Source: Callorhinchus milii (Eukaryota). Taken from it: a DNA stretch of 64,000 bases. This document shows positions 1-11,523 of the stretch, one piece after another (position 1 is the first letter of the stretch; each line of letters starts with the position of its first letter). Where the stretch lies: the NCBI RefSeq assembly GCF_018977255.1, contig NW_024704742.1, positions 30,878,001 through 30,942,000 of the forward strand, written 5' to 3'. The translations under genes were made by a program, and so were the position numbers. Below the pieces are notes generated by a model. The model saw only the letters and a list, made by a program, of their open reading frames with translations. It had not been told where the DNA came from and ran no database searches.

Positions 1-395
1 GTGTGTGTGTTTATGAGAGTGTTTGTGTGTATAAAAATGAATTAGTTTCTCTGAATGCTGATCTTTGTTCTGTCTAGGGATCGGTGTAATGGACTGTTAG
101 TGGGATTGCATTTTAAAACCACGCAGATTACCTCATCGCATTAGCCGATGTAGAATTGAGCGCTTGGTGCAGATTTCAAGGCTCTTAAGAATCACTGCAG
201 CTAAGATGAGACTTTAGAAGGATCCACCGTTTTATCTGGCCGCTGGGATCTGTGCTCAGTGTCAGAATGGTGCACTTATCTGATCAGTGCCTTTTCGTTT
301 ATTAAACAGGAATCAGGCCTGAATTAGCAGAGTGGAGTGCGGAATGCTTATCTTCTACTGTGTTAACTAATCTTAAAAGGAATCCTCTCCCTTTA

Positions 396-466
396 AGAAC
401 ATAAGAATTAGGAGCAGGAGTAGGCCATTCAGCCCCTCGAGCCTGCCCCGCCATTCGATAAGATCG
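396..466 (-). mobile_element. CR1 3'UTR end
   Basis: taagaacataagaattaggagcaggagtaggccattcagcccctcgagcctgccccgccattc is close to the reverse complement of the 3'UTR at ~17490-17550. Confidence 0.85.
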
Positions 467-879
467 AATTTTTTAGAGGTAGTTGAATCAGACACTCTTT
501 ACCAGACACTCCTGTTCAGATCACGGTCTAAGTTACTGTTGCGACTTGGGGTTATTGCTGTTGGGCAGGGTCTAGTTGACTTTATTTGAAGAACAAATAG
601 CCTTGACTATCTTTGCCCTCTGAATGCTGGCATGTTTGCCATGTTCTCCGATGTGATTTGCGATTTGTTATTTCAATCAATTAGTATTAACCTATTTAAA
701 TATTATTTAATAATAATTCTTGCATTTTATATATCACCTTATCACATTGTTGAGGCGTCTCAAAGTCCTTCACAGAATATAATGTAAAGTGGATTGACTG
801 CTTATCTTGTGGGCAAAAGATTCAATATTCAGTGGGTAATGGTGTGATACCTGTTCTTTGTGTTACAGTAACTTGCACC

Positions 880-1150
880 TTACTACGCTTTTCACGTAAG
901 AAAAGAGAATAAATGTAAAAGAGATTTTAGGAGGAGCTACTTAACGCAGAGGGTAGTGAGATTGTGGAACTTAATATCTGTAGAGGTAGTTGAATCAGAT
1001 AGTAATAGAATGAGCATTCCCTCATTCACATGAGGGTGAGGGGAATACAAAGGATATGAGAGGGAGTAAGGAATGGGTGAAGATTCACCTGCTGTACTAA
1101 CATTGGCATGGACTGGTTGGGCCTGTTTCTGTGTTGTGCATTCTTTGTAA
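880..1150 (+). mobile_element. Decayed CR1 3' fragment
   Basis: acgcagagggtagtgagattgtggaact (TQRVVRLWN), followed by a CR1-like UTR gggcctgtttctgtgttgt. Confidence 0.7.
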
Positions 1151-2821
1151 ATCATCTCAGAGTGTTTCATACCATTTGAAGCCTGAGCAGGGTAGGGGAT
1201 GTGTGGATGAGGGGAGGCAGGAGGGAGGTGGCTTAAGTCAAAGAGGTAGGTTTTTAGGAGGGTTTTGAAAGCAGAAAAGGCAGGTTGCGAAGTGGAAGGG
1301 GTTTAAGAGCATTCCACAGAAAGGCATAATGGCTGAAAGCTCATTTACCAAGTAGTGGGATGGAGGAGGGTCAGGGAACATGAATCAGGCCTGAATTAGC
1401 AGAGTGGAGTGAGCAGAACTGGACCACACAGGTAGGATGGGCAAGGTTGTATTTGAAGGTAAGAAGAAGGGTTTTCACGTTGACCCAATGGGAAACCGGG
1501 AGCAGTGGAGCCTGATGAGATTGAAGGGTGATGAGCTCATGGAGCCTGATACAGGAAAGGATTTCTGAATAAACTTGCGCTTGTAAACTAAACTGGTGAG
1601 GGACTCAGTAGAGATATCACAGGTGACAAAGGCATGAATCCAGATCATCTAACCCACGCAGATGGTGAGTGTACTTTAATTAACCTCAGTGTCCGTGAGG
1701 TCGGGAGGGGGAATTCAGACAGATTCCTGCTATTGATGCCGAACTAGTAATCCTGCCTGGAGAGTGCCTGAGTGCGCAGAGCAGGATTGCATTTGGTTAC
1801 AATATTAATAATAAATAATAATAATAATAATCCTTGCATTTAATATAGTGCCTTATCACATCGTTGAGACGTCTCAAAGCATTTTGCACAATATATTGTG
1901 AAGTGGATTGACTGTGTATTTTGTGGGTGAAATGTGGCAGCTAATTGCACATGGCAGTATCCCATAAACAATCCTGGATTGAGTGACCAAATGTTTTTGT
2001 GTTATTCTCACCTTTGCTCCCATTTCCCTGTACTCTCTGACTAGGCACCCACGTGAAGAACAATCAGTTGCAGAAAGTGCTTTAAAAGAGAGCAATAGCA
2101 GATGAACTTGGAGAAAATCTTCTGTTCTGTTTTAACTAATGGCTTTCGAGTTATTGATACATTAAGTATTTAACACAAATGATATCTGTTTGCAGCCAGG
2201 CACAGTGAATCAATTCTGTTTTGTTGCATGCATGAAACTATTGACTTCATTGTGCTGCAGGTAATATACAAAGGTTTGAACATGTACGTTCCCTTGACTG
2301 TCTTGTGGTATCACGGTCAGTTTAGTATCAAAAGTAATATAAAAGAGCACGAGACTTGATGCTGCTGTAGTTCTTTGCTCATGTGGTTAGTACCTTTCAT
2401 CTTGTGATTGTTCTTAATCGTGAAAAAATCAATTTTATGTGGGCCATAGATACCTTTGGTACTGTATTAACTGAAACAGAAAGTGATCTTGTGAAAGTTT
2501 CCCCAAATTGATTTAATAATCCTTGCAACTGATATAGGGCTTTTCATGTGCGGTGCACGTCTCAAAGCACGTCACAGGATTTATTGTAAAGTGTAGTGAC
2601 TGTGTGTTTTGTAGATGAATACTGTACCCACCAAGTGTTAGCAAGACTGGACTCACTCGGAGCTGACATTTGAATTTAAATAGTGTTTCTGGACAAAGTC
2701 TATTGAGTGAGCAGATTCTGATGTGGAGTATGAACATGATTTCTCAGTAAGCATTGGCAAAATAAACTAAAAATATCTTTTTTATTCTTACTGTTTTTAA
2801 TTTAATTTGTAAGGTTACTGT

Positions 2822-3335
2822 AAGATTTACAAGAATGGTAGCAGGAATGAGGGACCTTGACTATGAGGAAAGGCTAGAGAGACTGGGATTATTCTTATTG
2901 GAGCAGAGAAGGTTACGAGGGGACCTAATAGAGGTCTTCAAAATCATGAGGGGATTTGATAGGTTAGAAAGGGAAAAACTGTTTCCACTGGTGAATGTGT
3001 CGGTGACTCGAGGTCACAGATTTAAAATAGTCTCTAAAAGAAGCAGAGGGGAGGTGAGAAGCAATTTTTTCACGCAGCGAGTTGTTCGAATCTGGGTCGC
3101 ATTGCCTGAAAGGGTGGTCGAGACCGATTCGATAACAACTTTTAAAAACAAGTTGGACAGGTATATTTGAGGAGGATGGGTCTGCAGGGTTATGGGGAAA
3201 GGGCTGGGGAGTGAAATTGACATTACATTGCTCTTTTCAAGAGCCGGCACAAACTCGATGGGCCGAATAATAATAATAATAATCCTTGCATTTGATATAT
3301 GGCCTCTTTTTGTGCTGTACGATTCTATGATTCTA
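2822..3335 (+). mobile_element. CR1 LINE 3' fragment (ORF2 C-terminus and 3'UTR)
   Basis: ORF 2835-3170: YEERLERLGLF..EQRRLRGDLIEVFKIM..TRGH..FFTQRVVRIW. Ends in a (gattctat)n-type tail. A ~33-nt SINE tail interrupts it at ~3267-3299. Confidence 0.92.
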
Positions 3336-4228
3336 AAATTCTGTGAAGGATCGCACAGCACTATAGTATTGGCAAAGATAAGGTTGTATCTCCTGTGGTA
3401 AATATCCTTCAGTTTAAAAATTATTGAGCATTCACTTCATGGCTGTCTGTTGCTGTGTCCAAATGGATTGACAAGTTTGGTAACAAATACCCAGTCACTG
3501 TGCTTCACAGAAAGTCTTTGAAGTGCTTTGAAATGTTTCTGATAAGGAGCTACATTATATCAAGTGCAAGGCAATAACATTGTTCACTTACTCCATGGCT
3601 GTTTGTGACATTGCTATGCACAAATTAGCTACTGCATTTGCCCACAATAATACACACAGTCACTACATTTTACAGTAGATCCACTGAAACGCTTGGAGAC
3701 ATCCTCCTGACGTGAAAGATGCTGCAGCAAATATAATAATAATGATCATCATTGTATTTGATATAGCACCTTATTGTGTTGTTGAGATATTTCAAAGCAC
3801 TTCACAGAATATACTATGAAGTGAATTGACTATATTTTGTGAGTTAAATGTAAGGATTATTATTAAGAGCCATTTTAATAGAGTTGAAACAGCAGTGGTT
3901 CTCAATTTGATTTGGGTGTTAAATCCCTTTCCAAATCTAACTTGTAACTGAGAATGCAACTTGGAGGCTTTGGTACAGAACGCAACTACATGGGTATTTT
4001 GTTCCTGTATATCAGCAATTAAACAGAAATGGGAAGATTTTTTTCAGGTGGCTGGTTTATTTTTGAGGCACTCTCTAGGATTAAAATGAATGGGACACTG
4101 CATTGGAGAATGAAGGTTACTTCATTAATTAAGGTTACGTTAGTGGTTGTGAATTGTGCTTGGGTCAAATTTGATTACAGTGGAAAAGTGAAATGTTCTT
4201 TTTTGATTTAAACTGGAGAAAGGTAAGG

Positions 4229-4365
4229 CTCAGCAGATCAGGCAGCATTTATGGAGAGAGGAAAATGAGTTAACGTTTCAGGTTGATGACCTCCTGACCT
4301 GCTGAGTGCTCCCAGTGACTTTGGTTTTTATTTCAGATTTCTAGCATTTGCAGTATTTTGCCTTT
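4229..4365. mobile_element. Collapsed inverted Penelope-like end
   Basis: A minus-oriented arm (ctcagcagatcaggcagcatttatggag...aacgtttcagg) fused directly to a plus-oriented arm (cctgacctgctgagtgctcccag...gcagtattttgc). Confidence 0.75.
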
Positions 4366-4819
4366 CGTTTGGCTCAACTACAATATTTGACTAAGCAAAA
4401 ATAGAATTGCTCCAATTTTGTAATGCCCAGTGAGTGTTATTATTTCGTTGGTCTAAAGTTATAATTCAGCTGCATAGCACTATGGTCTGTAATTAACCTC
4501 AATTCTGGAAGGTTATAGCATTGGATTGACTTCATGATTTGTCACTTGACATTTTGAGTGTTTCTTTCCCTCATAAGGATCATGTTCGGTATTGAATCTA
4601 TCAAATCTTTAGACACAGGAATAAATTTCAATGAATGATTTAATTATAATGCTTTGAATTTTTTTTAATGCTAACCTTTGAGTCTGCAAAATGTCCTTGA
4701 CATCTGTATGTGCTCACAGTGCTTCCCCATTGTGGGGTATTTACAATAACTGAGGTTGCTTGGAAAACAACAAATTGTATTTATAAAGCATCCTTCACAC
4801 GGGGCAGCGTCTCGGAGCG

Positions 4820-5332
4820 CTAAACATCGCCCGGCTCCGCCACTGCCTCTCCCCTCAGGCCGACAAAACCCTCATCCCTGTATTTATCACATCTAGGCTC
4901 GACTACACCAATTCCCTGCTTGTCAGCCTTCCCAACTCCTCCCTCCACAAGCTGCAGATCATCCAGAACTCTGCAGCTTGTGTCCTTTCCTTCACCAGGC
5001 TCCATGACCCTATCACCCCCTCCCTCAACCTGTATGCTCCCTCCGCTCAGCAGCCTGCTCCACAACCCCCTGCCTGACCTGCCCCACCATCGGTGGTCGA
5101 GCCTTCAGCCTCTCTGCCCGCACCCTTTGGAACTCCATCCTTGCTCCTTTCCTTGCCTCCTTTAAGGCACATCTCAACCCCTTTTTCAACCATGGCTTCG
5201 ACCACCCTCTTGCCCTACCCTCCCTGCCCTCCTATTCTCCCCTGATCTCAACCCTTGCTCAGGTCCAAATCCTTGACTGTCCAGGGCCTTGGCACACCTT
5301 CCCGATGTAAAAGGCATAATTTGTTGTTGTTA
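4820..5332 (+). mobile_element. L2 LINE 3' fragment
   Basis: tctaggctcgactacaccaattccctgctt (SRLDY.N.LL) and ctgcagatcatccagaactctgcagct (LQIIQNSAA), then a C-rich UTR and a (ttg)n tail. Related fragments at ~17660-17912, ~21240-21530, ~39030-39320 and ~50140-50505. Confidence 0.85.
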
Positions 5333-5563
5333 AGGAGGGACTATAGGAGGGAATGAGAGCTAAGCCAATAGTCTACAATAAAATTTCTGCTGAAATTAGA
5401 TATTAAATTGTAATGTTTGGAAAATAAGCATTTTGGCATTCATGTGACATAATGGTAATACTAACATTAATAGTTTCTGCATTTGATAGAGTGCTTTTCA
5501 AGCGGGTTGGGCATTTCAAAGCCCTTCACAGGTTTTGTTGTAAAATGCAATGACTGTGTATTT

Positions 5564-5807
5564 CAGGGTGGTCCAACCTTTTGGCTGCTGAGGGCCGGAT
5601 GCCGGATTTGAGAAATGTCCCCGGGCCGCATAAGCAATATTTTATCCAGATTGGCCAGTCCCGTTGGCGGCTGACCATCTCCTGATTGGCTTGGGGCCCG
5701 TGTGTCGCCTATATTTGCTCATAGGACAATTAAGTTGGAAATGGTTCACAGACAAATCGTTCCCCAGGGCCGGATGCGGCCCGTGGGCCGCCCGTTGAAC
5801 TACCCTG
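5564..5807. mobile_element. Non-autonomous hAT-type MITE (244 bp)
   Basis: TIRs cagggtggtccaac / gttgaactaccctg, an exact 8-bp TSD gtgtattt (5556-5563 and 5808-5815), and subterminal gggccg/cggccc motifs typical of hAT-Charlie/Chap MITEs. Inserted in a minus-strand SINE tail. Confidence 0.93.
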
Positions 5808-7002
5808 GTGTATTTTGTAGGGAAAAGGTATTGAGGACTTGAAAACTTTCAGATGTGACTGAATAAGAGCTACATCTTTCCAAATCAAGTGTTCAAAGAT
5901 TGACCTAGTTCCAGATGATGAGAATTAGTTTGTTGGGTGGGAGGTGAGGGGTTGTAAAGGGATTCATTCAATTATTGCCTCATTAGAGGCAGGATCAGGA
6001 CAGAAATGAACATCCCCCAAAAGGTTGGAGACAAATTAGCAGAACTTTAAGAAGCAAATCAATGAAAAAGTTAGAAACTAAAAATAACTTGTGGAAAAAC
6101 AAAGACAAAGGGATTGGGGGGAGTCACTTTGGGAGGAAAAGAAAGGGGTTTTGTAATTAACTAATGTGAATTATTTTAACTATTTTACAGTCTATCCTGT
6201 GAAGTGCTTTGAAGTGTCTAGGAGACGTGAAAAGCGCTATATCAAATGCAAGGATTATTATCATTATTTATCTTTGGAGGTACTTTTCAATGAAAACACA
6301 CAACAAAAGTGTCTTTTTACAGCAGAAAAAAAGCATATATCCCAGGTAGTTTGGTGAGCATCTATTTATTCTTTTTGTGTTTTGGCTTTGAACTCAATCT
6401 GCACGGACTCATTTTCCTCCTTCTCGTCTTAATGCTGCAATATTGACTTGCAGGTTTTACACAGGCTGTATCTTGGCCATCGGTGTTTTGTTTCTGGAGA
6501 AGCATCAAATATCTGGCGTACCATTCAGTTTGTGGCGAGACAGAGAGAGGGACGGGGAGGGGGAATTGGGAGGAGAGATTACAAGAATTCCCACTGGTGG
6601 TCTCTCACTTTCCCAGTGGTTGCTTTGCAATGCCTGTTTATTGATCTTCTGTAATAAAGCTAAAATGTAGAGCTTACCGACTGCGCTGATATTTCAGTGG
6701 CAGTGATACTTATCCACACTGGGGATGTTAGAAGGATTCAGTAAGGCTGCTGCCTACTTTGTCTGAAGAAGTTCAGATGACATGAGGTAGCACAACATTA
6801 AGTATTTACGACAAAAAAATGGTGGGAATTGCAGAGTGCAGCCACCGGGAGAGAGCTATAGAAATGGATTAAAGTGCTTTGTTGCAGTTCTTCCGCGAAA
6901 TGAGCCTGATGTGAAGTACACTGTGTTTGTATATTACCTATTATATATTATATTGTAGTTGTCCACTGTGTGCAATTGGCTGCCGTGTTTCATGCACAAA
7001 AC

Positions 7003-7343
7003 ATCACGTTTTCAAGAGCGCTTCACAGAATATGCTGTAAAGTGAATTGACTGTATTTTGTCGGCGAAATGCAGCAGCCAATTGCGCACAACAATGACCC
7101 ACAAACAGTCGTGAGGTGGGTGACCAAATTATTATTTTTCTTTTAAAAATGTTTTAAGGGATTATTGCCCCCAGAAAAGCCAATCTGCCAATCGACTAAC
7201 AATTGGATTCCTACTTACCTGCTAGGTAAACAGAGGCGTGTGGAGTAAGGAAAATTGCCTAACGTTTCACTCTGCCTGGGAAATCAAACCTAGGTCCTCT
7301 TGCTTGTGAGATGCGTGCTCTAACCAATACGCTACAGGACTCC
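7003..7343 (-). mobile_element. tRNA-headed SINE (family B, extra internal segment) nested in a plus-strand SINE body
   Basis: Head ends ...gctacaggactcc at 7343 and the copy includes the family-B block ttcctacttacctgctaggtaaacagaggcgtgtggagtaagg. Host fragments at ~6961-7002 and 7344-7436. Confidence 0.85.
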
Positions 7344-9280
7344 ACTGTGTATATTCTGTGAAGCTCTTTGCGACATCACAATGACGAGATAAGGCGCTAT
7401 GTCAAATGCAGAGATTATTATTATTATTTATTATTATAGAGCAGAGCAGCACAGACACCAGTCATTTTGCCAGTGTAGTTGCTAATTTGTACGTGACTCA
7501 TTCTGTCAGAAATAGTTAATGATAGAAAAGGGACCAGTTTTATCGCACGGAACCATTTGGGACGTTTTCTTAAATTAATATGGAACTCGTAAGTTTGTCT
7601 ATGCTTCACAAAGCCCAAAGAAACTTGCCATTTTGTGAGTGACTTAAAATTGTCAGTATCGCATGACAAAGTAATGACACGGCAGCACTTAAGTGGTATT
7701 GAATGAATTTGGGAACATTGCAGTGCAGATCAGATGCTAGCGACCTCATTAGGGACTGTCTCAGTAGAGAAATGGATGGGATAGAAATGAGAACATTAAG
7801 TGCTGATACATTGGCTTCATGTTGAACGTATCATATTGCGTTGAAAAAGGAGCAGGCGGCAAATTCATTGGATTTGGCGGTCTGGAAGGGTTTTTGAGAA
7901 GTGAAGTCGACCGCAGCTCACACAAGAATGTTCGTCATGGTTGGCTAGTGGTAATGCAACATTTGGCATTTTGCATGGTTAAGAAGGATGTGGATTTAAG
8001 CTCTGCATCAGGCACTTGGAGTTCATGGTTCAGATTAACATTTCAGCGCACTTGATTGCTCATTCACCTTCTGGACATTACCGTGCACAAATTGGCTGAT
8101 GTTCTTCTTTCCAAATATACGGTCACTATACTTTATAGAAAACTCTGTGAAGCACTTTGAGTTGTTTCGACATAAGGCGCAATTATTTTTTATTATTATT
8201 TTAGGTACCTAAAGCCCTCAATGTAACTTGTTATTCTGTTGCTTTTAACAGCTTCAAATTGAATTGTGTGGATTTGTTCTAGCAAATGTCCAACCTAGTG
8301 CTTTTACTCCCTCTGATGTTCAGAGCACACTTAAAGATAAGTCAATGGGAGCAGTTGAGCATGGGTGGGAAAGGCATGCTCACTCATTGCTCTGCCTGTG
8401 CGGTCCAGCTAAACCAATGTTTAAATTCACTAGCTGTGAACCCTTGATCTAAGCTCACACAAGAAGACTAGTCACTTGAGAGAGGTACAAACAGGCTGCC
8501 TGTGCCAATCGACGTGTGTTAGTCCCTTCAGGAGAAAGGTAAACTGCAGTGTAACAGATTATGTGCTTGGGGTGGGAATGCCTCAGCTACAGCCATGGCA
8601 GCTTATGCTGTTTACTCCCCAAAGGTAAAATTCTGTCAATGTTCCAAGTTTCACCTGTGTCAGACACCTGGCTGACCCAAAAAAAATAATACCAAGTAAT
8701 AGCCAGCTAAAGGTTTGCAAGAGCGTGATGTTTGAAATGAAATAAAAACCTTTCTGATGATCAAACAAAGACGTGTTTAGTCTTTCCAGTGGGGTTCAAT
8801 AAATGTTTACTTTGTTCATTTATTTCAAGATCCTTCTTTTTTCAATTGAGTCAGTGCCTTGTGATTCAGGTGGACGTGAAGGGGACCCTCTTCCTGCCAG
8901 AGCTAATGTGGAATTTTATTCCCTGCTCACCTTGGTGTAGATTTTATCCTAATCCATTGTTGTTTGTAGAGCATTGTTGGTGCAAATTAGCTGCAACATC
9001 TGCTTCGTTTCTAATTGATCTTGTTCTGTAAAGTGCTTCGAGACTTTCCGTTTGCGTTGCCTACACGTGAGTTGTTGAATGGGGATTTGGCAGAGATAAA
9101 GAAACATTTGCTCCAGTTCACAGGCAGACTGAAAACTGAACCCCAAAGCTTGACAGATGTAAAATAGCTTAGTGTCATATCCTGTACTTTACAGGCATAA
9201 TTAATATAAGCACTCTATCGCATTCCATGTCATTAAAGGAGGAATTGAAAAAAATAGTATTTGCGCCAAACTCAGTTATT

Positions 9281-9388
9281 TGAGTTCTGATGAAGGGTCG
9301 TGGACCCAAAACGTTGACTCACTTTCATTTCTCCATAGATGCTGCCTGACCTGCTGAGTGTTCCCAGCGACTTCTGTTTTGTTTCAGT
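9281..9388 (+). mobile_element. Penelope-like terminal fragment with a degenerate hammerhead core
   Basis: tgagtt-CTGATGA-agggtcgtggaccc-AAAA-cgtt-gactca. Same family as 37460-37580; GAAA is mutated to AAAA at 9308. Confidence 0.8.
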
Positions 9389-9473
9389 TGTCAGACTGTG
9401 GGTTCAAGGCCCATATCAGCACTTTGAGCTATAGTTTCGGTTAACTTTTCAATGCTCAGTGAGTTCTGCATTA

Positions 9474-9789
9474 TAATAATATAATAATCCTTGCATTTGA
9501 TTTAGCACTTTTCACGTCTTCTCGACGTCTCAAAGTGCTTCACAGAATAGACTGTAAAGTGAATTGACTGTATATTTGAGGGTGAAACGCGGCAGCCAAT
9601 TGCGCACAGCAGTATCTCACAAACGGTTGTGGTTTGAAGTGACCAATTTATTATTGTTTTATTTTCTTGAGGGATTATTATCAGGCATGTGGAGTAAGGA
9701 AACTTGCCCAAGGTTTCAAGCTGCTGGGAATCGTACCCAGGTCTCTCACTTGCAAAGCGAGTGCTCTAACCACTGAGCTACAGGACTCC
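9474..9789 (-). mobile_element. Full-length tRNA-headed SINE (family A) inserted into an older Deu-type SINE
   Basis: Reverse complement of the family A sequence. The flanks (~9390-9473 and ~9790-9985) join into a plus-strand Deu-type SINE (gtgggttcaaggccc...ctgcatt | ggaggtgccattctttggatgagact..aaac). Confidence 0.9.
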
Positions 9790-11475
9790 GCAATTATTGG
9801 AGGTGCCATTCTTTGGATGAGACTTTAAACAGTTCCCATCTACATGTTCAGGTAGATGTTTTAAGATGTCACAGCACTATTTTAAAAGAGAAGGGAGTTT
9901 CTCCTCCCAGATAGAAGTCACTTCATAGCTGTTTGTGGTGCATTGCTGCCACGTTTGCTACAAATATACAGTTGCTATATTATTACAATAATCAGATTAG
10001 TCCATTAATTCCACTTGACAACAATCTGCTCATTTCTGTCTGCACATTTTTAAAACCATGTCCAATTGAATGTAATGAAAATGAAATAATTTAAATAACT
10101 TCAGGGATAGAACGAAACAAATGTATCTGAGAATGCCAGACTATTATTTGTTGTTTCCTTCCCTGACAGACCAGCTACCATACTATGTATCACAATCCTG
10201 AAATCTCACGTTTACGTTTGTACAATAATAATCCGTCCTCCCAAAGAGATTGATTACTCAATCCACAACTGTTTGTGGGACACTGCTGTGTGCAATCGGC
10301 GGCAGCATTTTGCCCACAAAATACAAAGTCAATCCACTTTACAGTATATCGATTGAAGCACTTTGAGATGTCTCAACAACGTGATAAGTCGCTATATCAA
10401 ATGCAAGGATTATTATTATTATTACAACTTTTCTACCCTCTTTCTCCTCTTCTTTCTCATACACATTTCACTTTTCGGCTTATACACATAATAGGACCAG
10501 GCTAAGAGATGACAATATGTTGCTTTTGAAAAAAGTGAAATGATTTGAATTGCAAGTTAGCTGGTTTGTTTCAGAATTAATACTGTACTGTGAGCTATTG
10601 GATTTTGATTTCTAATGGGTGGGGGGAGATTTTTTTTATTGCTTGGAGGGGGTGCGGGGGTTAGCAATTCAGATACAAAGCCTGCCTCTGATATTGGAAA
10701 GAATTACTTTATAGATGTAACTGAGCTTACTACTGCTGCTGGTGATTTATTTTCAGTCTATTGTGTCCACTTCCTGTGTGTCAAAGGTCTTTGGAGGAGG
10801 GTGGTGTAAAGATGGGAAGCTGGCAGGAAAGTGACCAGACTGGATGTCGCAGGGCAGGCTTGAGCGCAGCAACACTCGCTGAATCGATTGAATTCACAGG
10901 CAGCCGAGGGTAAAACTTATAGAAATTAACTTTATTTTTAGTCGTACTGCAACGTAATGTTTTGTGTCTGGCGTGGAGCCTCTTTGAGGTTCCCTGGGCT
11001 GGTGGGCAGCTTGCTTTCCCTTCGGTGGAGCTTTAGTGGGAGACGCTGTGTGAAAGTGAGAGTCGAGGGTTGGGGTGGGAAAGCTCTGCGACTGCAATCG
11101 TGTCATTTATATGCCATTTGTTTTCCAAGGTGAAAGTCCCTTCACTGCATTGAGTGGGGGTCCAGATGCCAGCCAGTCGGGCAACGAAAGGGATTTTCGA
11201 AATTGAATAGAAATAGAACTGTTGTCTGCAACACTGGTTTCTGATAAACTTGTGACCTCTGTAGCACAGGGCAGGGGGTCTTAAGGTTGATTTCAGTATA
11301 TGGTGATTTGCTATGGCACTTCATGTGCTGCGCTCGCGACCAAAGATTTCAGTGAGTTAAACTTTTAATTGAGTGCAAAGTTGAAAGCATAACGGGCTGT
11401 GTGAATACTTTAGCTATTTGTAACTTGACTTTCCAACTTGCAGCGTTGAACGCTTTTGATTGTCTTCAAAAAGGT

Positions 11476-11479
11476 TCTC

Positions 11480-11511
<32 letters not shown>

Positions 11512-11523
11512 GCTCTCTCTCTC
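11476..11523. repeat. (CT)n microsatellite
   Basis: Interrupted ctctct run. Confidence 0.9.
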
